From contig CM060731.1 of assembly GCA_030704615.1 (NCBI GenBank), positions 41,726,001-41,790,000 on the forward strand: DNA of 64,000 bases, written 5' to 3'. The stretch comes from Takakia lepidozioides (taxonomy: Eukaryota > Plantae > Bryophyta). Under the pieces are notes generated by a model. The model was given only the letters and a program-made list of their open reading frames with translations. It was not told the origin of the DNA and did not search any database. Both the position numbers and the translations under genes were made by a program. Positions 52,194-64,000 of this stretch are shown here, piece after piece (the first letter of the stretch is position 1; each line of letters opens with the position of its first letter).

Positions 52194-52389
52194 CACTACA
52201 ACACATCGTGGTATATCTGACTGCCGAGCCGTGGTAGTCATGGTTTTTCTGACTTTGACCATGACTTCCCTGTATTTTTGGACCAAATGGAGCTTCACGT
52301 AGTCGTTGAAATGACTACGTGACTACTACGTAGTCCTCTGGGCGACTACTTTGGTAGACATTGTCATGACTGCAGGGCTCCGCACTAGA

Positions 52390-53020
52390 GAAGTATTTGT
52401 GGCAATGCGCGGTTTGATGCTCCTGCCCTTGTAATCACAGTGAATGATCTGGCTGCCAATGTGCGCAAGAGGCTGACCCTGACCGTGACTCCTGGCAATG
52501 CCACGCTAGTGCACCTTCCACAATCAGCCATTCCATATGCCCTCTGGATGTCGGATGTCAAGTCCGCTGCCTTGCGCGGTAAGGCCACCCCTTCTCCTCA
52601 CTTCTCGCAATCCTCCCTCTGCCCTTCTAAGCATGTTATCTTTCAGTGTGAGTACATTGTTGGGACTAAGAACAATAACCTGCAAAGGCTAGATTCATTT
52701 AAATTGGCCACCAGATAAATGGACCAAGCCTGTGGTGCGTTATACTGACTTTAGGCGTTCGGTGGAGCAGTTTGGAACAAGATGAGAATCTCTATCAACA
52801 TCATCACCCAAAATCGGGCTGGATCTCTCCACCTCCTGTTAAAATCGCTGGTGGATGCACACTACTTGGGAGATGTCATCGCCATCTCCTTCAACATGGA
52901 CAACAAGGTTGATGCCGAAACTCTCCGCGTCATCAATGAATTCGAATTGCCACATGGCCCCAAGATAGTACGCCGACGAATCATCCAGGGAGGTCTCATA
53001 AGAGCGGTCAGCGAGAGCTG
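52390..53020 (+). pseudogene. Captured two-exon fragment of a plant glycosyltransferase family 2-type gene
   Basis: LWMSDVKSAALR, intron 52579-52770, then WNKMRISINIITQNRAGSL...RRRIIQGGLIRAVSESW; no start or end of the gene. Confidence 0.8.
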
Positions 53021-53229
53021 GTACTTTTCTCTTTTGAGCACTTTTATTACCATCACTTTCTCCACATTTCGCTCATACTTGGCACGAAATGAAATGCATG
53101 GTTGCAGGAGGATTTCCACTTGCTTTTACCGCAGAAGAAATTACCTCTTATCAAAATTGGCCCTAAAATTTCAGGTTGAATTTCTGTAAGTTACTGGTTG
53201 AGTGAACCTTTGATAGTTTGCAGTGAGTG

Positions 53230-54990
53230 TGAAAGGCTGGCAGCTCTGGAGAAGGGCAAAGAGGTCCATGTCGACATTGTCAGAGCTGCAATTGTACCAC
53301 ATGTCATTCTGAACAATACCCTCATGGACATGTATGAAGGGAGTGTTTGACAGTATGGCTGAACAAGATGTGGGTGTCGTGGAGTGCGATGATTGCAGGA
53401 TATGCATAGCTACGGCATGGGATGGAGGCTTTTGAGAACTATGACCAAATGATGTGCGAAGGGGAGAAGCCCAACCACATCACATTTGTTTGTGTTTGCA
53501 ATGTGTGTGCAAACCTGGGAGCTCTGGGAAAGGGGAAAGATGTCCATGGTGACATCGTCAAAACTGGAATTGTACCAGATGTCATCATGAACACTGCCCT
53601 GATGGACATGTTTGTTAAATGTGGGTGCATTCAGGATGCGAAAGGAGTTTTCCACACTCTGGTTGAATGAGATGTGGTGACGTGGAACGCCATGCTTGCA
53701 GGGTATGCACAGCAGGGGTACAGGATGGAGGCTTTGGAGACCTATGAGCAAATGATTGGGGAAGGGTGAAGCCCGACCACATCAGGTTTGTGTGCGTTTG
53801 CAGTGCGTGTGCAAACCTGACAGCCCTGGAAAAGGGCAAAGAGGTACATGGTTGCATCGCCAAAGCTGGAATTGTACCAGATGTGATTCCCTATGGATCA
53901 ATAGCTACAAGAACCTGCATGGTAGATGGTCAACTAAAGGCTGCAGCTGCAGCGGCACAGTTCATGAAACCAGGCACCTCAACCATGACCACAGCTTCTG
54001 AAAGAGGATCAAGAGAGGGAGTCCACAATGCCTCTTCTAGCACTTCTGGGCATGTGAAGATGCTTTGTGGCAGGCAGACTGACAGAGGCTCTACAGACTT
54101 AAGACCACTGAGGCATTTCAGCAGATTGAGGTACGTATGTCTGTCCCTTGCTTAAGTGCAACAAGATGGAAGGTCTGGACGCTGGAAAGTAGGTGCACAC
54201 TTACATTATCCAAAGTAGATGCACGCCAAATGTTTTTCTACTCAACACCTTTGTCTCCATGTATGTTAAGTGCGGGAGCATCATGGATGCTCACCAAATG
54301 TTCAACAGAATGCCTCAGCGATCTTTGATCACGTGGAATATAATGTTGGCAGGAGTTACCAAGCATGGGTGTGGTAGGAATGCTTTGGAGACCTATGAGC
54401 AACTGTTGGCGAAGGGGTGAAGCCCAGCCACATCACGTTTGTTTGTGTTTGAAATGCGTGTGCAAGCTTGGGAGCTCTGGAAAAGGGGAAAGAGGTCCAT
54501 GGTGACATCATCAAAGCTGAATTTGTACCAGATGTCATTCTGAACACTGCCCTGGTGGAAATGTATGCCAAATGTGGGTGCAGCAAGCAGCAAAGGGAGA
54601 GTCGACAATATGGCTGAACGAGATGTGGTGTTTTGGAGTGCCATGATTGCAAGGTATGTGCAGCATGGGTATGGGATTAAGGCTTTGGAAACCTAAGAGC
54701 AAATGATGTGGGAAGGGATGAAGCCAGACCAGGTCATGCTCATTTGTGTTTATAATATGCATATGCGAGCTTAGCAGCCTTGGGAATGGTCAAACAGGTT
54801 CATAGTGACATTATCAAAGCTGGAATTGTACCAGATGTCATTCTGAACATTCCCCTGGTGTACATCTATGCTCACCAAGTGTTCAACAGAATCCCTCAAC
54901 GATCTTTGATCACGTGGAATATAATGTTGGCAGGATTTACCAAGCATGGGTTGGTAGGAATGCTTTGGAGACCTATGAGCAAATGCTGCG
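53230..54990 (+). pseudogene. Degenerate PLS-class PPR repeats
   Basis: Repeated ALEKGKEVHGDIIKAGIVPDVILNTALVDMxxKCG and DVVTWNAMLAGYAQ motifs with stops and frameshifts. Confidence 0.9.
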
Positions 54991-55329
54991 CAACTACAAC
55001 AGAACGCTCCCAGGCTTGCACAGGCATTGCAAACACAAACAAATGTGATGCGGTTGGGCTTCAACCATTGAAAGCCAACAGGGTTTCCTACTTTGATTTA
55101 GAAACAGATGTTGCATGTGGTTGATTTGCCTAATACCTCTCTATGGATTCCACAACATGCAACAGAATCTATGATTTTGCTGATTGAGTTTCTTTGGAAA
55201 ATTGTGATTGTAAAGCACAAGGTTTTGGTTTGGAGGCACCAGTCAACGGTGGGACAATCAAGGCAAAAAGTTGAATCATCTACCCACTTGTAGCCGTTGT
55301 GCTATTGAAGAAGGTGCCCCCCCTTCCCC

Positions 55330-58300
55330 CATCATTTGATCATAGGTCTCCAAAGCCTCCATACCATGTCCCTGCTGTGCATACCCTGCAAGCATCGCGT
55401 TCCATGACACCACATTTGGTTCAGCCATAGTCTTGAAAACTCCCTTCGCATCCTTAATGCACCCACATTTGGCATTTTGTCCACCAGGGGAGTGTTCAGG
55501 ATGACATCTGGTACAATTCCAGCTTTGACGATGTCACCATGGACCTCTTTCCCTTTTTCCAGAGGTCCCAGGCTTGCACACGCATTGCAAACATGCGGAA
55601 GCATGATGTGGTTGGGCTTCACCCCTTTGCGCAACATTTGCTCATAGGTCGCCAAAGCATTCCTACCACACCCATGTTTGGTAAATCTTGCCAACATTAT
55701 ATTCCACATGATCAAAGATCGCTGAGGCATTCTGTAGAAATCTTGGCGAGCATCCATGATGCTCCCACACTTAACATACATGTTGACAAAGGTGTTGAGT
55801 AGAAAAAACATTTGGCATGAATCCACTTTGGATAATGTGAGTGTGCACCTGATTCTAGCTTCCAAACCTAGAGCCTTTGTCAATCTGCCTGCCTCACAAA
55901 GCATCTTCACATGCCCCATAGAAAAGGCATTGTGGACTCCCTCTCTTGATCCTCTTTCAGAAGTTGCGGTCATGGCTGAGGACATGCCTGATTTTATCAA
56001 CTGTGCCGCTGCAGCTATTGCCTTTAGTTGACCATCTACCCATTTAGGTTTCTTGCAGCTATTGATCCACATGGAATCACAGGTAATCTAGAGCTTGAAG
56101 TCCGGCCCTCTTGGATGAATCTGGACCCACACTCTATCCCTTCTCCTTCAGCTATCCATGCCTCTACACAAATCATGCATTCATCTTTGCCCTTGCTGCT
56201 AGCAGCTGACAATGACAACCTATGAAACACCCAATCACACTAGTTCCTATGCTGAGTTGCGTCTGCTACTCTCTGTCATCTAATAGGCATTCAACTTTTT
56301 GCCTCGGTTGTTCCACCATTCACTGGGGTCAACAAAGTATTCATTCCACACCTTCTCCTCATCTCTGTTATCTGTTTTGGGTACTTTCCTGCTGCCACAT
56401 CAGCAGTTACTTGTCATAGTCATTCCAAACCACCACAGATCCACCCAACGAGCTAACTTACAGAATTCAATATGTATCTCAGGGCCGAGTCTGATGAGAG
56501 GGCAAAACGGGCTGAAATAGGTCGAAGAAGAAGGTGCCCTCACCACATTGTCTTTGACAATTCAATATGTAAATTCAGGGCCGAGTCTGATGAGAGGGAA
56601 AAACAGGCTGAAATAGGTCGAAGAAGAAGGTGCCCTCACCACATTCTCCAAGGCCTCCATACCACGCTGTTGTGCACACCCTGCAAGCATCGTGTTCCAC
56701 GTGATGAAAGATCGTTGAGGCATTTTGTTGAACACTTGGTGAGCATCCATGATGCTCCCGCACATAACATACATGTTGACAAGGGTGTTGAGTAGAAAAA
56801 TATTTGGCGTGCACTTTGGATAATGTGAGTGTGCACCTGCTTTCTAGCTTCACTTGGCCTTTCATCTTGATGCACTTATGCAAGAGACATACATACGTAT
56901 CTGAATCTGGCGAAATGCCTCCTTGGTTTAAAGTCAGTAGAGCCTCTTTCAGTCTGCCTGCCTCACAAAGCATCTTCACATGCCCATAAGTGCCAGAAGA
57001 GGCATTGTGGACTCCCTCTCTTGATCCTCTTCCAGAAGTTGTGGTCATGGTTGAGGTGCTTGACTTTATCAACTGTGCCGCTGCAGCTGCTGCCTTTGGC
57101 GATGCAACCATGCACCTCTTTGCATCTGGTAATCTGACAGGCATTCACCTTGGTACAATTCCAGCTCTGAAGATGTCGCCATGTGGACCTCTTTTCCAAA
57201 GCTGCCAGGGCAGTGTTCAGATTGACATTTGGTACAATTCCAGCTTTGATGATATCCCCATGCACCTCTTTGCCCTTCTCCGGGCCGGCTGCTAGGCTTG
57301 CACAAGCATTGCAAATGCACACAAACATGATGTGCTTCCATTGCTCATAGGTCTCCAAAGCCTCCATTCCACATCCCTGCTGTGCCTACCCTGCAAGCAC
57401 ATCATATCGCACTCCACGACACCACATGTCATTCAGCCATAGTGTCGAACACTCCCTTTGCATCCTAGATGCACCCACATGCTGCAAACATGTTCACCAG
57501 GGTATTGTTTAGAATGTCATCTGGTACAATTCCAGCTCTGAAGATGTCGCCATGCACATCTTTCCCCATTTCCAAAGCTGCCAGGGCAGTGTTCAGATTG
57601 ACATTTGGCACAATTCCAACTTTGATGATATCCCATGCACCTCTTGCCCTTCTCCAAGGCTGCCAGGCTTGCACAAGCATTGCAAATGCACACAAACATG
57701 ATGTGCTTCCCCCATCATTTGCTCATAGGTCTCCAAAGCCTCCATCCCACGTCCCTGCCGTGCATACCATGCAAGCATCGCACTGCATGACACCACATCT
57801 CGTTCAGCCATAGTGTCGAACACTCCCTTTGCATCCTAGATGCACCCACATTTTGCAAACATGTTCACCAGGGTATTGTTCAGAATGACATCTGGTACAA
57901 TTCCAACTCTGAAGATGTCGCCATGGACCTCTTTCCCCTTTTCCAAAGCTGCTAGGGCAGTGTTCAGATTGACATTTAGCACAATCTGCAACCCATCAAA
58001 AACTAAGGCTTGCATGTCTTTAAGAATTATTACAACAAGGACATCTGTTTCTTTTCCAAGTTCTTGCGTAAGATGCGCCAACCAACATTGCATTGTGAGA
58101 TTCTCACTCGCTATACTCCAAAGTGTCTAGGGAAGGTCACTGAGCAACCTGCCAAGGCGAAAACAATAGAGAATTATCTAATACCATATATGAAAAACCA
58201 ATGCCAGTGTTGTTTATGGTAACTTCTATCCCATGGACTCGTAAACAAACCAAAGCAAAAATGTTGGTGTGTGTTGGCGAAGTCGTCAGATACTTCACAA

Positions 58301-59330
58301 AGAAACATGCACAAAAAATGAGAGCCAGGAGGATAGGAAGGTCACTCACGTTTATACAAAGACGTCTTGCCCATTGCCCAGCACCCTACATCACCCACAT
58401 TCTATCTCTACTCCTTCAGCTATCCATGCCTCTGCACAAATCAAGCATTCATCCTTGCCTTGCTGCTAGCAGTTGACAATGATAGCCTATATTTGTTCTA
58501 GGAAACACCCAACTCAGCGTAGCACACTAGTTCCTATCTGAATTGTGTCTGCTGCTCTCTGAAATGTAGCAGGCATACACCTTTCTGCCCCGGTTGACCC
58601 ATCAGTGACTGGGCTCAGATAAGTATTCATTCCACAACTTCTCCTCATCTCTATTACATGTTTTTTGACACTTTCTTGTTGTCACATTGGCAGTATCATG
58701 TCAAAGTCACTCCAAACTAGATTCACTCAACCAGCTAACTTGCAGAATTAAACATGAAAATTTAGGGCCGATTCTGATAAGAGGGAAAAACAGGGTGAAA
58801 TGTGTTGAAGAAGATGCCTTCATTAGCAGTGCTTATCACTGCCGTTGCTGCCAGTTGACCATCTACCCATGCAGGTTTCTTGTAGCTATTGATCCACATG
58901 GAATCACAGGTAATCTTGTGCTTGAAATCTGGCCCTCTTGGATGAATCTGGACCCACACGAAACCCCTGCTCCTTCAGCTATCGATGCCTCTGCACAAAT
59001 CATGCATACATCCTCGCCTTGCTGCTAGCAGCTAACAATGACAGCCTAGAATTGTCAAAGCACACACTAGTAGGGAAAACAGGGTGAAATATGTTGAAGA
59101 AGGTACCTTCACCCCTTTCCCCATCATTTGCTTTCAGGTGTCCAAAGCCCCATCCCGCGCTCCTGCTCTGCACACCCTGCAAGCATCGCATTCCACGACA
59201 CCACATATGGTTCAGCCATAGTGTTGAACACTCCCTTAGATGCTCCCACATTTAGCATACATGGCCACCAGAGCAATGTTCAGGATGACATCTGGTACAA
59301 TTGCAGATTTGATGATGTCACCAGGGATCT
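55330..59330 (-). pseudogene. Several scrambled partial copies of the same PLS-class PPR gene
   Basis: Same PPR motifs plus a repeated N-terminal segment (REGVHNA..GHVKMLCEAGRL) at about 55900 and 56980, and partly at 58860. Confidence 0.88.
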
Positions 59331-59869
59331 CTGAAAGTTACACAACATAAGTTTGCTGCAAATCAATGGGTGACGGATCAATATGGAAGGACTGCTTACT
59401 GCCGGGAAATCTAATCTAATATAATCCGATATGCTTCAGGTAGTTTGGATTTGTGATAGGCTGGTTGTAGAACTCTTCTTCAGAGAGTCGATAGTTGGGT
59501 GAATAAGACTGGCTGGGTCTGTACTGGCTGGGGTAGTGCTCTGTCTGCCAAGGCCACCTCAAACTTTGCCTTGCCCCACAGTTGTCTTGCCGTTGTCTCT
59601 GCCTCTGCTATCCTCCCTTGTTGCACACTCCAGCATCATTCCGTTGAATCATTTGTTGTGCTAGCCACATTACACAACAATTGTTGTTCTAGACTCAATT
59701 CTCTGTTTGGAGTTGTTCAACATTCCAACTCTGCATAGTCACCCTGTTGCAAAAACAACAAGATACAGAAAATCAAGATGCATCATATATGGATGGAAGT
59801 TAACCTTGCATAGCCAACGTGGGCTTTCTGGAGTGTATGCCATGCCCAAACAAAGGAGGACACTGCAAG

Positions 59870-60214
59870 CTAGTACTGGGGATAAACAACCCCAAGAGCG
59901 TTCATAATTTCATTGTCAGGGAAGCGTCTCTCCAATTCGTTGATCAAAAGATGAGGTGCTCCTAAACACTGATGCTTCATCTCCCCAACCCAGTAAGTGA
60001 AATCATCTCTTGTAATATGACTCAATAATCCAGTGGCTAGTGAATGAGCATGTACCAGATAAGACTGGCCTAAGATCCGAAAAGCCAAGTGTTCATTGTC
60101 AGTGTTCAGATCAGTCACCCAGTCATGTGTGATGAATGCCGAGGTGTTGTCAACCACGTCAATGAAATCTTGGAAGGAATCTGAGTTGAAGGCAGTATCA
60201 AGGTTGATGTACAT
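59870..60214 (-). pseudogene. hAT transposase fragment
   Basis: ELERRFPDNEIMNALGVVYPQY resembles the MDALGIVYPQYW segment at about 24010. Confidence 0.75.
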
Positions 60215-60975
60215 GGAGATCTACTGTTGTCTTTAAGTGCCTATGTTTTGTCCTTTGCACTTGCTGACTTTGTTCTTTCCTGTGATTCTTGCCTATGAAT
60301 AAAGCATTCATTTGCAGAGTTATTTTTTGTCTCTTTGTTCTTCCTTTTGTTCTTCTCTTTGTTTAGTATTGAATAATACTAACGCTAATCTCTACTAACC
60401 CTAACGAGATAAGCATAGTCGCGGCTCTGACTGTCCAATACATTTAAAAGTTCAAAACAACCCCTCATATGACACCACGTGTCCATATATCAGCATGTCA
60501 TAATCAGGATTATGACTGCATGACCTCCTCAATACATGCCACGTGTCCACATATCATGATGTTTGTAGTCAGAACAATGACTGTAAGACCTTTCATTATA
60601 TGTCACGTGTCAAGATATTAGCATGGTTGTGGTCAGGATGATGACTGCAGATCCTCCTCATGGATATGCCACGTGGCAGTTTCGGGAGACGCCATATGGC
60701 GCACATCCACAAAACCTCCTGGACTTATTAAAAAGAGACACGTGTATAATTTGCAACAGCACATTAAGTCATGTATGGTAGAAGTACATATGATTGCCAC
60801 ATGACAGTGAGATGCATCACTTGGTTCATCTGACTGCAGTCATCCATGACCGACCATATTGTACTCATTGTATTCACTTGGTTTGCACGACTTAAAGTCA
60901 TTGCAGTCATATGTACTGTTTATGACTACGGGATAGTTATATATACAGTCATATATACCGCGATCTGTTGTAGTG

Positions 60976-61080
60976 ATGGTGGGCTCCCCAGGTAGGAGAA
61001 GGACCCATGGGCATTACTGAAATGTCACCCACCAGCAGAGTGGCAAATTTATTCCAGTTGACTTTGAACCCCGAGGCAGT
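60976..61080 (-). mobile_element. LINE RT C-terminal fragment, upstream half
   Basis: ASGFKVNWNK motif; continues into 52193 and below. Confidence 0.75.
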
Positions 61081-63262
61081 TATATGAAAACTTTGAAGAG
61101 ATTTGTAAGACAAATGGCGCACCCAAAGGGCAGCAAGGCGGAGGGGTATACGTTGCAAGAAGCTATGTTCTATTGCACGGAGTACATGACAAGGGTGGAT
61201 GAGGAAGCCCCTCGGATGTGGAAGGAAGAAGAGGATGCACGAACCAATGACATCGTTTTATCCAAAAAATCGGAGAGGGTAAAATTGCCAACCTTGGTGA
61301 TTGAGCAAGTGCATGACTTCATACTGAAGAACACCTCATCCATACATGAGTGGGAGGCAAGATACAATAACCTTGTTCAGCAACGAGAGGAGGAGATGCT
61401 TGCATGGAGGCGGAACCATCCAAGGCCGGTTACTAGACGCCCACGACGAGGAGCGGGCCGCCAGAATGTTCATTCACAAAATTTGCCCGTGGAATTGCAG
61501 CCTCTAAGTTCATTCCAACAAGGCTTCGGATTTCAGTTTATGACGCCGTTGCTCAATGAGAGGTGGTTTCAGATTTGGTGCAAGACATTGCAAGGGGCCC
61601 CTCTCAATTCGCGACCTCATACACAGCGGTTTGGGTTCACGGTCGTCATTTCCGCATTCGTGCTCTTGACATGAAGCGCAAAACAACCTTTGATTCTGGC
61701 TTGTGTGCCACATATTGACAAGACTCCGTGTAGGGCAAGGGAGATACACGACCTGCTATGAACAACTTGAGTACATTGGAGAGCTTGAGAGCATACTCCA
61801 ACTTCAGTATACAAGATAGCGGCCTCTTCTTTTCAAGGGAAGGTGGTTCCAGCCACATCTTGTGGGGCCCTCCGCAACACTAGTGCAAGATGATTGTGGT
61901 TTCAAGCGTGTCAATGAAGATAGGCTCAACCCTACTCATCGTCCCTCCGATGATTTTTTTTCACGGCCTTCAGAGATGGAGCAAGTTTTCTTTTCCGATG
62001 ACAAAACAAGAGGGGGGAATTGAAAGGTGGTTGTGCATGCTCAGCCAGAGAGGAAGACGTATCTATCATGGTCTTGGATCTCCATGGGGTGAGGCAATTG
62101 CGGAGACTAGTCATAATGATGTTGATGATGGAGGTTGGGTAGAGGGGGTAGAAGATGATGATGACGCCCTGGAGAATACATCCCGGACCCTATATGATGA
62201 AGCTCCAGAAGATACAGATGTTGGAGAAGGAGATGAAGACACGACCATTGACAACGAGGTGGAGAATGATTCAGATGTGCCTTTTGAGGGCCGAAGCATT
62301 TATGACGATGACTCCTATGACCAAGAAGACTTGTAGCTTGATGATGATGTAGAAGCTCCGGATGATGATGTTCAAGTTGATTAGACACGAAATCAAAGCT
62401 ACATAATAATTCTCGCACCAAACTTTACCCATCCCTTCGATTGATTGTACATGTACATGCATATTGTAGCTTATTTCTATGATTGATCAAATATGGCTGT
62501 GGCTGGTAGTCTTTCAAGAAAGAAGACAGAGACAATGAATATGTCGGAGCAACATATACAGATGTGGTATCAAGAGAATTATCAAAATGAATGTCACAAT
62601 CTACAAAAAGGTCCAAAACAACAAGCTAAACCATAAAGAAAAACAAATACCCTACCCCAGTACCATATTAAAATAAATAAATAAATAAAGAACCCCCGAA
62701 GGTCCTAAACCTAAACCTAGAAAGCCTTGCCGTAGCTGCCTATGACCCCCACGCGTCGTACACTGCGACGAGTTTTTTTTGGATTTATGAGGCCGGGGGT
62801 CGCAAACGGCGACGGAAAGCCGTCGCAGGCTGCGACCCGTTTTTTTTGTTTTGAAAGAATAGGGCAACCCCTGTTTGCCACGCCTGGCCGTCGCCAAGGC
62901 CTTTTGCCATTCATGCCACCATGCGACAACTTGGCGTTGCAAACAAGGGTTGCGATGAAAGGAAGGGCAAGAGATGGCTGCCTTTTTTCGCTAGCGACGG
63001 CCGGCCGTCGCTAGAAAGGGTTGCCTTCTGCCCTCTGGGAGACAACGTTCGGGCGTCACACGGAAGGGCTCCCTTCTGCCCTTCATCCGCTCGTGCGACG
63101 GTCGGGCATCGCCACCTGGCCCCAACGCCAGGTGGCGGCCCGCGGGGTCTGTTTGCGACGGCCCAGTGCTGCAAAAAGGCGCCGCAGGGTTGGCGCCGCG
63201 CGGGGCGTGGGGCCCCGGCTGGCATCGCAACCCCCCCCCCCCCCCCCCCATTTGCTGTAGTG
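61081..63262 (+). mobile_element. CACTA (En/Spm) remnant: C-terminal Tnp2 transposase domains and right end
   Basis: MKTLKRFVRQMAHPKGSKAEGY (DUF4218-like), downstream DUF4216-like remnant and acidic tail; GCGACGG/CCGTCGC subterminal repeats at 62730-63230; terminus GCTGTAGTG (rc CACTACAGC) at 63262. Confidence 0.85.
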
Positions 63263-63750
63263 ATGGAATACAACCGCATCCAAATCACTGGCCTCGCCAT
63301 GTGCTGCTGCCCTCAATCAAACATCCTGCACCTTTCTCAAGCACACCCGGTCTCCATCAAGGGGGGGATTTCTCCCCTGTCAGAGTATGCCAATGGTCAT
63401 CCAGTGCCAAGCTCATGAACCTTGCTAAGCCTTCTGGGTCAGTTTTGACCGCTTGGAATATTAAAGCAAACACATTTGTGTGGATTGGAGGCAAACCTAT
63501 CATACAACTGCAGCTAGATCATCAAGAATGGACATGGGATCTTGATGACAAACCATCTTTTTTTCAATACATAGCAAAAAAAAGCTACAAGTGCCTCAAT
63601 ACAAGCTCCATCCCCTTCTCCAAATGGGACGCCAAATGGAGAGCCTACAGATTTCAAAATGAGCATTGGAATGTAATCTGGAAAGACATATGGATCAAAA
63701 CCAGACCTGCAAACTTAGCTGCCTTTCTCTGACAAATCTGTCGTGCACCT
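63263..63750 (+). mobile_element. LINE ORF2 C-terminal region fragment
   Basis: Trp-rich KWDAKW...WNVIWKDIW...AAFL*QIC, typical of the zf-RVT region. Confidence 0.6.
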
Positions 63751-64000
63751 AAGCATCGTGCCACAACATACATCGTTGTCCAACCACACTTCCTAGCATA
63801 TAGTCCTAGAAAGCCACGCCACAATAATGATACGAAAATGGTTGATACGGAAATGGTGAAAAGAGGAGAAGCCACTCTATCACGTTATATAAGTCAAGCC
63901 AATGGCATCTTTGCTAAAAGACTCCACCATACAGACCTCACCCACTCTCCATTTCAAGTACTAGAGTTATGGCGGCGAGAGCCTGGGGGGGTGCACTCTT

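Larger units (their letters stand above)
52194..60975. mobile_element. Non-autonomous Pack-CACTA element (8.8 kb) carrying host gene fragments
   Basis: TIRs CACTACAACACATCGTGGTATATCTGACTG and rc CACTACAACAGATCGCGGTATATATGACTG (27/30); ATG TSD at 52191-52193 and 60976-60978; subterminal ATGACTGCA/GACTACG repeats. Confidence 0.92.

Noticed and set aside
52383-52393. Internal CACTAG as a CACTA left end
   Set aside because: It does not match either right end or the TSD; the true end is at 52194.
62652-63418. Many overlapping GC-rich ORFs
   Set aside because: Artefacts of CACTA subterminal repeats; no protein motifs.

Overview
Eukaryotic nuclear DNA from a land plant, most likely a non-seed plant (inferred from a Tcn1-type chromovirus, PLS-class PPR repeats and spliced LHCA5 and CENH3 genes). 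1-25 kb is nested mobile DNA. (i) A Ty3/Gypsy LTR retrotransposon carries a complete C5 cytosine methyltransferase domain inside its polyprotein, between protease and RT. (ii) A chromovirus has a self-priming-type PBS and an internally inverted RT-RH-IN block. (iii) A large MULE-like DNA transposon (GCM/WRKY-like Zn finger, DDE, SWIM) has a divergently transcribed ParB/Srx-fold gene and about 23 copies of one 28-bp palindrome in two otherwise unrelated tandem arrays, a layout reminiscent of ParB/parS or VANC/VANDAL and the best candidate for an undescribed system. (iv) A piggyBac-like TTAA insertion, a MITE and a hAT remnant complete the block. 26-51 kb is a host gene block: GH17+X8 beta-1,3-glucanase, LHCA5, a receptor-kinase pseudogene, an ARID-PHD gene and CENH3. 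52-64 kb holds an 8.8-kb Pack-CACTA element (30-bp TIRs, ATG TSD, splitting a LINE RT) that carries a GT2 gene fragment and scrambled PPR copies, followed by CACTA transposase and LINE remnants. All calls come from reading motifs by eye; no searches were run.
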